Below are positions 45,043 to 53,428 of a DNA stretch of 64,000 bases, piece by piece. Both the position numbers and the translations under genes were made by a program. Numbering within the stretch: the stretch's first letter is position 1; each line of letters begins with the position of its first letter. This DNA is from an uncultured Bacillota bacterium. Its GTDB lineage: Bacteria; Bacillota_I; Bacilli_A; RFN20; CAG-826. The stretch is taken from assembly GCA_949293555.1 (NCBI GenBank), contig CASFDV010000001.1:12590-76589 (forward strand), given 5' to 3'. The notes below the pieces were generated by a model, which searched no databases, was not told the origin of the DNA, and saw only the letters and a program-made list of their open reading frames with translations.

Positions 45043-46181
45043 CAGTCCTTCCTCCCCTTGCTGTTGCTCAGGAGGTCGATCTTCTCGCCTCCGACGTTGA
45101 AGTTCTCCCCTTCCTCCGTCCCGGAGCGGGGGGCGACGATGCAGTTCTCGACGTGGGAGCCCCGGCGGATCCAGGCGTCGTTCATGATGACGCAGTTCCG
45201 GCAGATGGCGCCTTCCTCGATGATGGCCCCGCCGCTGACGACGCAGTGGTCGATCATCCCCTCGACGATCGCCCCCTGGTTCACGAGGCTGTCGCGGACG
45301 GTGGCCTTCTTCCCGATGTACTGGGGCACGCTGAAGGGGTCCTCGCTATAGATGCGGTTCGGCCCCTGGACGGTATATAGGTTCGTGCTGTCCCCGCCCG
45401 ACATCAGGAGGTCCATGTTCGCCTGGTGGAGGGAGGCGACGGTCCCCACGTCCCGCCAGTAGCCGCTATAGCGGTGGACGGCCATCCTCCGGCCTTCGCG
45501 GAGCATCTTCGGGATGATGTTCTTCCCGAAGTCATGCTCGCTTTCCGGATCCTTGGCGTCCTGGATGAGCTCGGCGCGGAGCACCTTGTAGGTAAAGATG
45601 TAGATGCCCATCGAGGCGAGGTTCGAGGTCGGGCGGCGGGGCTTCTCGACGAACTCGACGATGTTCCCCTCCTCGTCGGGGACGAGGATCCCGAAGCGCG
45701 AGGCTTCCTCGATCGCGACCGGGTAGGCGCTGATCGTGCAGTCCGCCTTCTTCTCAAGGTGCGTCCTCAGCATCGCCTCGTAGCTGCAGGAGTAGATGTG
45801 GTCCCCGGAAAGGATGAGCACGTACTCGGGGTCGACCCGGTCCAGCCAGTCGATGTTCTGATAGATGGCATCGGCCGTCCCAAGGTACCAGGCGCTTCCT
45901 TCCTCCGTCTGCTTCGGCGTGAGGACGCTCGTGAGGGAGCGCACGCCGTTCAGCCCCCATTTCTCGCCGTTCCCGACGTAGGTGTTGAGCTCGCTCGACT
46001 CGTACTGGGTGAGGACGCCGACCGAGGTGATCCCCGTGTTGGCGCAATTGCTGAGCGGGAAGTCGATGATCCGGTACTTGCCGCCGTAGCTGACGGCGGG
46101 CTTGGCGACCTTGCGGGTCAGCGCCTGGAGGCGCGTCCCCTTGCCGCCGGCGAGGATCATCGCCGCAAGCCTTGTGGACAT
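45042..46181 (-). CDS. glgC: glucose-1-phosphate adenylyltransferase
   Basis: Start at ATG 46181 (MSTRLAAMILAGGKGTRLQALT...). AAAGGAGA RBS. The longer track ORF begins with GTG further upstream. Confidence 0.85.
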   Translation of the reverse strand: MSTRLAAMILAGGKGTRLQALTRKVAKPAVSYGGKYRIIDFPLSNCANTGITSVGVLTQYESSELNTYVGNGEKWGLNGVRSLTSVLTPKQTEEGSAWYLGTADAIYQNIDWLDRVDPEYVLILSGDHIYSCSYEAMLRTHLEKKADCTISAYPVAIEEASRFGILVPDEEGNIVEFVEKPRRPTSNLASMGIYIFTYKVLRAELIQDAKDPESEHDFGKNIIPKMLREGRRMAVHRYSGYWRDVGTVASLHQANMDLLMSGGDSTNLYTVQGPNRIYSEDPFSVPQYIGKKATVRDSLVNQGAIVEGMIDHCVVSGGAIIEEGAICRNCVIMNDAWIRRGSHVENCIVAPRSGTEEGENFNVGGEKIDLLSNSKGRKD

Positions 46182-46332
46182 GCCCGTTTCTCCTTTCTCT
46201 GGCCTCTTCGAGGAGATTATATCCCGTAAGCGCTTCCAAAGTGGAGACACCGCCCCTCTTTTCCGAAAGAAAGAGAAGTTTCGGGCGCGCTCGATATAAT
46301 GCGCATCGCTCAGGAGGCCTTATCAGCACCTT

Positions 46333-46767
46333 ATGGCAGCAAACCACGCAAGGACGAACGTGCTCATCCTCGGATGCGGGAGGCTCGGCGCGTCCATCGC
46401 CAACCGCTATAGCGAAAGCGGCATCAACGTCATCGCCGTCGACAAGGACGAGGAGGCCTTCGACCGCCTCGACCAGCTTTTCGCGGGCGACCGCCAGAGA
46501 GGGGAGGCGACCGACGTCTCCTTCCTCCGGAGGAGCTGCGCGATCGAGACGGCGAGCCGCCTCTTCATCGTGACGGGGGACGACAACGCGAACCTCTTCC
46601 TCGCCGAGCTCGCCTCGAAGACGTTCCATATCCCCTGCATCTACGTCCGCTTCGACGACCCGGACCGCGCCCTCCTCGTGAAGGGGCTCCCGGGCGTGAA
46701 GGCGATCTCGCCCTTCCAGCTGACCCTGGAGAGGCTCGGGGAGCTCGAGAAGGAGGACGAGGAATGA
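46333..46767 (+). CDS. TrkA-N (RCK_N, NAD-binding) domain protein
   Basis: NVLILGCGRLGASIANRY... Rossmann GxGxxG. Confidence 0.7.
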   Translation: MAANHARTNVLILGCGRLGASIANRYSESGINVIAVDKDEEAFDRLDQLFAGDRQRGEATDVSFLRRSCAIETASRLFIVTGDDNANLFLAELASKTFHIPCIYVRFDDPDRALLVKGLPGVKAISPFQLTLERLGELEKEDEE

Positions 46768-47447
46768 AGATCGTCGTCGCCGAGGGCAGCAACCAGGCCG
46801 CCTACATCATCGACATGTTCCGGAGCGAGGGCCACGAGCTCGTGGTCATCAACTCCTCGCACGAGGTCGCCGAGACGCTCGCCGTCGCCCACCAGGTGAA
46901 CGTCTACTTCGGGAAGCCCTGGCGCCGCTTCGCCCTCGAGGAGGCGGGCGCGGAAGGGGCGGACCTCTTCATCGCCCTCTCCCCCTCCGACATGGACAAC
47001 TACGCCTCCTGCCGGATGGCGAAGTCCCTCTTCGGGGTGAAGAAGACGATCTGCCTCGTCGACAACCCCGCCAACGTCGAGCTCTTCAAGGGGCTCGGGA
47101 TCGACGCGGTCATCTGCTCGACCTACCTGCTCGCCAACTCCGTCAAGAGCGAGAGCAGCCTCCGCAAGATGATCAAGTCGCTGGCGATGGAGGACGAGAG
47201 CTTCCTCATGGTGGAATCGACCGTCAGCGAGGAGGACCGCATCGCCGGGATGAGGATCATGGACATGGGCTTCCCGCCCTACGCCTCGATCGCCGCGATC
47301 GTGCGCCTCGACCGCATGATCGTCCCGAACGGCTCGGTCGACCTCCTGCCCGGGGACAAGCTATACACCGTGACCGCCAAGGAGAACGAGGAGGCCCTCA
47401 TGGGCTTCCTCAAGGAAGGCAAGGATGGAACAGGCCAGGCCAGTTAG
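46764..47447 (+). CDS. KtrA/TrkA-like K+ uptake regulatory subunit (RCK_N plus RCK_C)
   Basis: MKIVVAEGSNQAAYII... and C-terminal TrkA-C-like fold (ESTVSEEDRIAGMRIMDM...). Overlaps the neighbours by 4 and 23 nt. Confidence 0.7.
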   Translation: MKIVVAEGSNQAAYIIDMFRSEGHELVVINSSHEVAETLAVAHQVNVYFGKPWRRFALEEAGAEGADLFIALSPSDMDNYASCRMAKSLFGVKKTICLVDNPANVELFKGLGIDAVICSTYLLANSVKSESSLRKMIKSLAMEDESFLMVESTVSEEDRIAGMRIMDMGFPPYASIAAIVRLDRMIVPNGSVDLLPGDKLYTVTAKENEEALMGFLKEGKDGTGQAS

Positions 47448-49074
47448 CGGGTGGCGGCTCATCCTCGGCTACCTCGGGGTCTTCCTCGTCTTCGAGGGGA
47501 TCGTGACGCTCCTGCCCCTTTCGATGCTCGCCTTCTACTGGGACGAGTGGCGGGCCTTCCCCGCCTTCCTCATCCCGGGGCTATGCGCGATCGCCATCGG
47601 GCTCGCCCTCTACTTCCCCTTCGTCCACGGGAAGCCGCGCTCGCGCTTCAAGAAGAGGGAGGACGCGCTCCTCCTGACCCTCGTCTGGCTGACCGCGGTT
47701 ACCGTCGGGGCCTTCCCCTTCTTCATCGGGGGCTTCCTCGGGCAGGCGCCGATGAGCTTCACGGAAAGCTTCTTCGAGTCGATGTCGGGCTACTCGGCGA
47801 CGGGCTTCACCGTCTTCCCGAACGAGGGCTTCCTCGACGGGGCGAAGGCGCTCGACTACTGCGCGCACCTCTACCTCTTCCACCGGGCAACGACCCACTT
47901 CTTCGGGGGCATCGGGCTCGTCCTCATCATCACGAGCGCCATCAGCGACCGCTACAACCTCCAGCTCTACTTCGCCGAGGGGCATAACGACCGCCTCCTC
48001 CCGAACATGCGGAGGTCGGCCAAGCTGACGTTCGCCATCTACTTCGCCTACATCATCCTCGGCACCCTCGCCTTCTTCCTCGCCGGGATGGATCCCTTCG
48101 AAGGCTTCTGCCAGTCGATCGCGGGGCTTGCGACGGGCGGCTTCTCGACGAGGAGCACCGGCTTCTACTGGTACGCGGAGCAGGCGGCCCTGGGGACATA
48201 CCAGGGCTTCGGGGTCCTTCCCTACGTGAGCCCGATCGCCTTCGAGGTCATCGCGATGGTCCTCATGGTGCTGGGCGCGACGAACTTCATCCTCCACACC
48301 TTCCTCTTCCGGAGGCGCTTCAAGGACTTCTTCAAGGACGTGGAGTTCCAGCTGACCGCGGTCCTCATCCTCCTCTTCACCATCCTCATGACGTGCTCGA
48401 TGACGTATCTATACACGGACTCCTCCCTCGAGACGATGGTGGGCCTCGACTGGGGCACGAGCTTCCGCTACTCGATCTTCACGGTCATCAGCTCGATGGC
48501 GACGACCGGCTTCAGCAACTGCGCGAACCTGATGCAGCTCGGCGAGGTCGCCTACTTCCTCATGATCATCCTGATGGTGATCGGGGGAGGCGTGGGTTCC
48601 ACCGCCGGGGCGATCAAGCAGTACAGGGTCGCCATCCTCGCCAAGGAGCTCTACTGGTGGATCCGCGATGCCAGGAGGCCCTCCCGCCTCATCCACCCGC
48701 ATTCCGTCTACCGCCTCGGGGAGACGAGGGAAATCGGGAAGAAGGAGGCGAGGGAGGCCGCCAACTTCTCGCTCCTCTACCTTTCCGTCCTCCTCGTCAT
48801 CGCCCTCATGATGATGTTCCTTCCCGGGATCCGGGTGCAGGAAGGGCTCTACACGACCGCCTCCGCCCTCTCGGGCACGGGGCTCACCATCGTCAACTTC
48901 TTCGCCTACGAGGAAAGCTTCGGGGTCGTCAACTACGACCTCCTCCTCTGGTTCACCTCCCTGGCGATGCTCCTGGGAAGGCTCGAGATCCTTCCCGTCG
49001 GAAGCGCCCTCGTGAAGACGGCGGAGGCGCCCGTGGAGATGTGGAGGGAAAGGCGCGGAGTAATCCGCGGTTGA
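47425..49074 (+). CDS. TrkH/KtrB family K+ transporter membrane subunit
   Basis: Four MPM repeats with selectivity-filter-like glycines (...SGYSATGF..., ...GLATGGFST..., ...MATTGFSN..., ...SGTGLT...). Confidence 0.8.
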   Translation: MEQARPVSGWRLILGYLGVFLVFEGIVTLLPLSMLAFYWDEWRAFPAFLIPGLCAIAIGLALYFPFVHGKPRSRFKKREDALLLTLVWLTAVTVGAFPFFIGGFLGQAPMSFTESFFESMSGYSATGFTVFPNEGFLDGAKALDYCAHLYLFHRATTHFFGGIGLVLIITSAISDRYNLQLYFAEGHNDRLLPNMRRSAKLTFAIYFAYIILGTLAFFLAGMDPFEGFCQSIAGLATGGFSTRSTGFYWYAEQAALGTYQGFGVLPYVSPIAFEVIAMVLMVLGATNFILHTFLFRRRFKDFFKDVEFQLTAVLILLFTILMTCSMTYLYTDSSLETMVGLDWGTSFRYSIFTVISSMATTGFSNCANLMQLGEVAYFLMIILMVIGGGVGSTAGAIKQYRVAILAKELYWWIRDARRPSRLIHPHSVYRLGETREIGKKEAREAANFSLLYLSVLLVIALMMMFLPGIRVQEGLYTTASALSGTGLTIVNFFAYEESFGVVNYDLLLWFTSLAMLLGRLEILPVGSALVKTAEAPVEMWRERRGVIRG

Positions 49075-49100
49075 ATCTCCTCCGCGCCTGGATGTAGAAT
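49071..49100 (+). promoter_or_regulatory. candidate sigma70-type promoter for rpmB
   Basis: TTGAAT (49071-49076), 18 nt, TAGAAT (49095-49100), about 45 nt upstream of the rpmB ATG. RBS AAGGGAGAAAAG. Confidence 0.4.
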
Positions 49101-49144
49101 CGCACACGCGCCGTCCGAGACGGTGTCGAGCAAGGGAGAAAAGT

Positions 49145-49336
49145 ATGGCAAGGAAATGCTTCTACACGGGCAAGGGCCCCATGAGCGGCAACAACCGCTC
49201 GCACTCCGTCCGCGCCACGCGCCGCGTCTGGAACGTCAACCTCCAGAAGCACAAGGTCGTGATCGACGGGCAGGTGGTCGAGCTGAGGATGTCCGCCCGC
49301 GCGTTCCGCTCTCTCAAGAAGAGCGCCAAGGCCTAG
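49145..49336 (+). CDS. rpmB: 50S ribosomal protein L28
   Basis: MARKCFYTGKGPMSGNNRSHSVRATRRVWNVNLQKHKV... canonical L28. Confidence 0.9.
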   Translation: MARKCFYTGKGPMSGNNRSHSVRATRRVWNVNLQKHKVVIDGQVVELRMSARAFRSLKKSAKA

Positions 49337-49349
49337 GCCCAGGACGAGA

Positions 49350-49382
49350 AAGGCGCCTCCTCAAGGGGGCGCCTTTTCTCAT
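49350..49382. terminator. intrinsic terminator (rpmB; possibly bidirectional, as genes converge here)
   Basis: GGCGCCUCCUCAAGGGGGCGCC hairpin followed by UUUUCUC. Confidence 0.5.
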
Positions 49383-49401
49383 GCGTCCGGGCTTTCCCTC
49401 G

Positions 49402-50061
49402 CTATAGCAAGGCCAGGAGGAGGATGAAGAGGAGCTCCGAGAGAAGGTGGAGGAAGGGAAGGATCCTCTCCAGGAGGGCGAGGAGGATGACCTTCGGCCT
49501 CACGAAGGCGTGGCTTCCGTCGGGGGCGGCCTCCGCCTCGAGCTTGCTCCAGGCGCGGAGGCGCGGATCGAGGAGGGGAAGGAGGGGAAGGAGGGCGAAT
49601 AGGAAGAGGAAGGAGGCCCCGGCGATAGAGCCCTCGAAGGAAGAGGAGAAGTCCCTCCCCGCCAGGACGTAGAGCCCCTGGGCAAGGGGCAGGAGGGAGC
49701 CGCTGATCGAAAGGATCCCGAGCGAGGCGAAATGCAGGCGGTTTTCCGAGGGGTGGTAGACGGATATCCCGAGGAACCCTGAGGAATAAAGCGCCTCCAG
49801 GAAGACGAAAAGAAGGAGGAAGGAGCGGGTCCCGCCCTCGCTTGTCTCCGAAAGAAGGAGGGAAGGGACGAGGAGGAAGAGAAGGAGCCCGAGCGTCGAG
49901 ACGACCAGGAAGGCGGCGCGCGCCCTCCTGGGCTCCTCCCTCAAGGTTTCCGAAGGGAAATGGTTGAGGAGCGAAAGACCCTCCTTTCCCTTCAGGAAAA
50001 GGGGGGCGACAAGCCCGACGAGGGCGAGAGAGAAAGGCAAAAGCCCCCAGAGCGCGCTCAT
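49402..50061 (-). CDS. hypothetical polytopic membrane protein
   Basis: About 6 hydrophobic helices, no recognisable motif. It occupies the position of thiN in the B. subtilis ylo locus. Confidence 0.45.
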   Translation of the reverse strand: MSALWGLLPFSLALVGLVAPLFLKGKEGLSLLNHFPSETLREEPRRARAAFLVVSTLGLLLFLLVPSLLLSETSEGGTRSFLLLFVFLEALYSSGFLGISVYHPSENRLHFASLGILSISGSLLPLAQGLYVLAGRDFSSSFEGSIAGASFLFLFALLPLLPLLDPRLRAWSKLEAEAAPDGSHAFVRPKVILLALLERILPFLHLLSELLFILLLALL

Positions 50062-50741
50062 CTTCCCAGAAGCGAGGCCAGCCTTTCCCTGGGATCGCCG
50101 TTGAAATAGTAGGAACCGGTCACGAGGATGTCCGCGCCTTCCTCGACGAGGCGCCTCCCGTTCTCCCCGTTGACGGACCCGTCGAAGGAAATCAGGAAGC
50201 CTTTCTTGCCTTTTCGGATGAAATCATCGCGAATCGCGGAGATTTCAAGAAGATGCTCCTCCCCCCTGGGATCGAAGGACTTCCCGCAGGCCCCGGGGAC
50301 GACGCCCATGACGAGAACAAGCTCGACCTCATCGAGGAAAGGGAAGATCGTAGACAAGGGAACGTGCGGGCTGATCGAGATGCCCGCGGCCTTGTGGAGG
50401 GAATGCGCAATCGCGAAAAGCCCGTGGATCTCATCTTCTTTTCCAGAATCCCCGTGGACGGTGACCGCGTCGGCCCCATTCTCAAGGAAGAACTTCCCGT
50501 CCTCGAGGGGGGTCCCGCTCATCACATGGACGTCCTCGAAGAGGCAGGTCCTCCCGTGGATCAGCGAAAAGTCCTCGAAGGAGAGCCCCTCGCCATCCAC
50601 GTAGGGCGGGCGCATGAAGTCGAAATGAAGGACCTCGATCCCCTGGCCTTTCAAGGAAAGCGCGGCCGGAAGGAGTCCCTCCCCCTTCCTCGCCAGGATG
50701 GACGGGGCGACAAGTGGCGTCCTAAGCTCCTCGATCCTCAT
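50058..50741 (-). CDS. rpe: ribulose-phosphate 3-epimerase family protein (divergent)
   Basis: TIM-barrel Rpe architecture (VAPSILA..., ...DVHVM..., ...ISFDGSVN..., ...ADILVTGS...). The canonical HxDxMDGHFVPN block is replaced by HFDFMRPPYVDG. Confidence 0.6.
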   Translation of the reverse strand: MRIEELRTPLVAPSILARKGEGLLPAALSLKGQGIEVLHFDFMRPPYVDGEGLSFEDFSLIHGRTCLFEDVHVMSGTPLEDGKFFLENGADAVTVHGDSGKEDEIHGLFAIAHSLHKAAGISISPHVPLSTIFPFLDEVELVLVMGVVPGACGKSFDPRGEEHLLEISAIRDDFIRKGKKGFLISFDGSVNGENGRRLVEEGADILVTGSYYFNGDPRERLASLLGR

Positions 50742-50742
50742 G

Positions 50743-51621
50743 TCACTTGAACCCGAAGAGGCGCGAGAGGAAGCCTCTCCTTTCCTGGAAGTCGTTGCCG
50801 CTCTTGAGCGCTTCCTCGATCGCCTGGCGCATCTCCTCGGATGTGCGGTAGCGGTCCTGGGGCCTTTTCCTCGTCGCCTTGAGGACGATGCGGTCCAAGG
50901 AGCGCGGGACGCTCGGGGCGAAGGCGCTGGGCTCGGGCATCCTCTTGTTGATGTGGGCGAGGGCGACCTCTTCCGTCCTTCCGGCGTCGAAGGGAACCCT
51001 CCCCGTCAGGAGCTCGAAGAAGACGATCCCCATCGAGTAGATGTCGCTCTGGACGATCGCGGTGCCGGAAAGGAGCGTCTCCGGCGCGGTGTAGAAGATG
51101 GTGCCCGGGACCCTGTCCCCCTCGGCCCTCTCCCCGAGCCTCGTCGCGATCCCGAAGTCGCTGATCTTGATGGACCCGTCGGCGAGATAGAAGATGTTGT
51201 CCGGCTTGAGGTCGCGGTGGACGAGCCCGTGGGAGTGGATGTAGCTCACCCCGCTCGTCAGCTGGAGCATGATCTCGCAGGACTCGAGCGCCGAAAGGGA
51301 ATGCCCGGCGGTCATGTTGAGCTTGTCGCGGACGGTCCTGCCGTCGACGTACTCGTTCGCCATGTAGGGGCGCCCGTCGATCTCGCCGGAACCGTACACC
51401 TTGACGATATAGGGGTTGTTGAGGCTCGCCGCGGCGATGCACTCCCTCCGGAAGCGCTCGAGGTTCTCCTTCTTCCCCATCATGTCGCTCCGCATGAGCT
51501 TGAGGGCGACGGGGAGGCGGAGGACGACGTCGTAGGCCTCGTATATGTCGGCCATCCCCCCGTGGGCGATCCGCCCCGTGATGCGGTAGCGCCCGTCGAC
51601 CTTGCTTCCGATCTCAATCAT
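50743..51621 (-). CDS. Hanks-type Ser/Thr protein kinase, kinase domain only (no TM or PASTA domains)
   Basis: ...ALKLMR... (VAIK-like), HRDLKPDNIF, DFGIA, ...APE... Ends at 292 aa. Confidence 0.85.
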   Translation of the reverse strand: MIEIGSKVDGRYRITGRIAHGGMADIYEAYDVVLRLPVALKLMRSDMMGKKENLERFRRECIAAASLNNPYIVKVYGSGEIDGRPYMANEYVDGRTVRDKLNMTAGHSLSALESCEIMLQLTSGVSYIHSHGLVHRDLKPDNIFYLADGSIKISDFGIATRLGERAEGDRVPGTIFYTAPETLLSGTAIVQSDIYSMGIVFFELLTGRVPFDAGRTEEVALAHINKRMPEPSAFAPSVPRSLDRIVLKATRKRPQDRYRTSEEMRQAIEEALKSGNDFQERRGFLSRLFGFK

Positions 51622-52372
51622 GGGGGAAGGCCTCCCAGTAGCTGATGGCGACGTTGTCCGAGCCGCCGTTCATGTTCGCCTGGAGGATGAGGGACATCGC
51701 CTTCTGCTCGGGCCGCTGGTCCGTGAGGAGCACCTGCGCGATGTCCTCCTCCCTCACCTGGGTGTAGAGCCCGTCCGAGCAAAGGAGGATCGGCTCGCCC
51801 CGGTACTTCCTCCGGGAAAGGGTGAAGGAGACGCTCGGGTACACGCCGAGGGCGTTCAGGATGATGTGGCGCTTGGGATGGGTCGCGGCCTCCTTCTCGC
51901 TGATCTTCCCGGCGCGGACGAGCGCCTGGACGTAGCTCTCGTCCTCGGTGAGGGGCACGAGCCTTCCCTCCTGGAGGAGGTAGGCGCGGCTATCCCCGAT
52001 CGAGGCGACCCAGAGGCGCGAGCCGCTGATGAGGGCGCACACCAGGGTCGTCGACATGTTCCCGCAGTTGTCCTCGTTCCCGCGGGCGGTCTCGAAGATG
52101 AGGGAGTTCGCCTCCTTGATCGCCCGGCGGAAGAACAGGCGGTCGAGGAAGGGAAGGCGATGCCTTCTCTTCGCCCGGAAGCTCTCGAGGAGGGAGTCGA
52201 CCGCCATCTTGGAGGCGAGCTCGCCCCTCTTGAAGCCCCCGACCCCGTCGGCGACGATGAGGAAGACCTCGTCGTCGGCGTTCACCGAGGCCGAGGCCTG
52301 GTCCTCGTTCCCGTTCCTCACCCGGCCCCTGTCGGTCCGGGCCGCGTAGACGCCGCGATACACCTTTCCCAT
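51614..52372 (-). CDS. PP2C-family Ser/Thr phosphatase (Stp/PrpC-like)
   Basis: RTDRGRVRNGNEDQ..., ...VADGVGG..., ...SDGL... PP2C motifs. Overlaps the kinase gene. Confidence 0.85.
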   Translation of the reverse strand: MGKVYRGVYAARTDRGRVRNGNEDQASASVNADDEVFLIVADGVGGFKRGELASKMAVDSLLESFRAKRRHRLPFLDRLFFRRAIKEANSLIFETARGNEDNCGNMSTTLVCALISGSRLWVASIGDSRAYLLQEGRLVPLTEDESYVQALVRAGKISEKEAATHPKRHIILNALGVYPSVSFTLSRRKYRGEPILLCSDGLYTQVREEDIAQVLLTDQRPEQKAMSLILQANMNGGSDNVAISYWEAFPHD

Positions 52373-52373
52373 C

Positions 52374-53426
52374 TCAGGAGCGCCTCCTCTCGTACTTCGC
52401 GCGGAGCTGCCCGCATGCCCCGTCGATGTCCGTGCCGAACTCCTTGCGGATCGTGCACTTCACCCCGCGGGCGTTCAGGTAGTCGCGGAACTTCTCGACG
52501 TTCTTCCGGGGCGAGCGCTCGAAGGGCTTCTCCTCGACGGGGTTCAAAGGTATGAGGTTCACGTAGCCAAGCGTCCCGCGGATCTTCTCCGCGAGCTCAT
52601 GGGCGCAGTCGAGCGAGTCGTTGAGCCCCTTGATCATGATGTACTCGAAGGTGACCCTCCGCCCGGATTCCCCGACATACTCCCGGACGGCCTCAAGGAG
52701 CTGGTCCATCGGGTATTTCCGGGCGATCGGCATGATTTTTGCGCGGATTTCGTCGTTCGGGGCGTGGAGTGATATCGCCAGGTTCAGCTGGAGGCCCTCC
52801 CTCCCGTACCTCTTGATGCCCTCGATGAGGCCGCAGGTGCTCACGGTGAGGTGCCTCGCGCCGATCGCAAGGCCCTTCTGCTCATTGGCGATCCTAAGGA
52901 AGCGCATGACCTCGTCGTAGTTGTCGAAAGGCTCGCCCGTCCCCATCACGACGACGTGGCTCACCCTCTCCCCTTCCTCCTTGAGAAGGGAATCCATCAC
53001 GAGGAGCTGGCCCACCATCTCCGCGGAGCTTAGCCCCCTCTCCTTCCGGAGGAGCCCCGAGGCACAGAAGGCGCAGCCCATCGAGCAGCCGACTTCGCTC
53101 GATACGCAGAGGGCGTTCCCGTAGTCGTAGCGCATCAGGACGGTTTCGACCTTCGCCCCGTCCTCCATCTCGAGGAGGAGCTTGATCGTCCCGTCCTTCG
53201 CCCGTTCCTCGCGGAAGATCCGGGGAAGGGAGAGGGAATAAGCGGAAAGAAGGCGCTCGCGGAGCGCCTTCGAAAGATTGCTCATCGCCTCGAAGGAGTC
53301 GACGCGCTTGAGGTAGAGCCAGTCGAACACCTGCTCCGCCCGGTAGGGCTTCTCGCCCATGGCCTCGAAGGCCTCGCGTAGCTCGGGAAGCGTCAATCCT
53401 AGGATGTTGGGGAGAGCCCCCGCCAT
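52374..53426 (-). CDS. rlmN: 23S rRNA/tRNA m2A methyltransferase (radical SAM)
   Basis: ...CVSSEVGCSMGCAFCASG... radical-SAM CxxxCxxC. Confidence 0.9.
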   Translation of the reverse strand: MAGALPNILGLTLPELREAFEAMGEKPYRAEQVFDWLYLKRVDSFEAMSNLSKALRERLLSAYSLSLPRIFREERAKDGTIKLLLEMEDGAKVETVLMRYDYGNALCVSSEVGCSMGCAFCASGLLRKERGLSSAEMVGQLLVMDSLLKEEGERVSHVVVMGTGEPFDNYDEVMRFLRIANEQKGLAIGARHLTVSTCGLIEGIKRYGREGLQLNLAISLHAPNDEIRAKIMPIARKYPMDQLLEAVREYVGESGRRVTFEYIMIKGLNDSLDCAHELAEKIRGTLGYVNLIPLNPVEEKPFERSPRKNVEKFRDYLNARGVKCTIRKEFGTDIDGACGQLRAKYERRRS

Positions 53427-53428
53427 CC

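Noticed and set aside
46333-47447. Reading the two adjacent TrkA-like genes as one frameshifted full-length trkA.
   Set aside because: The second gene has its own ATG with a 4-nt overlap typical of coupled genes. Both products are complete RCK modules. A split KtrA-like pair is more parsimonious than a pseudogene.
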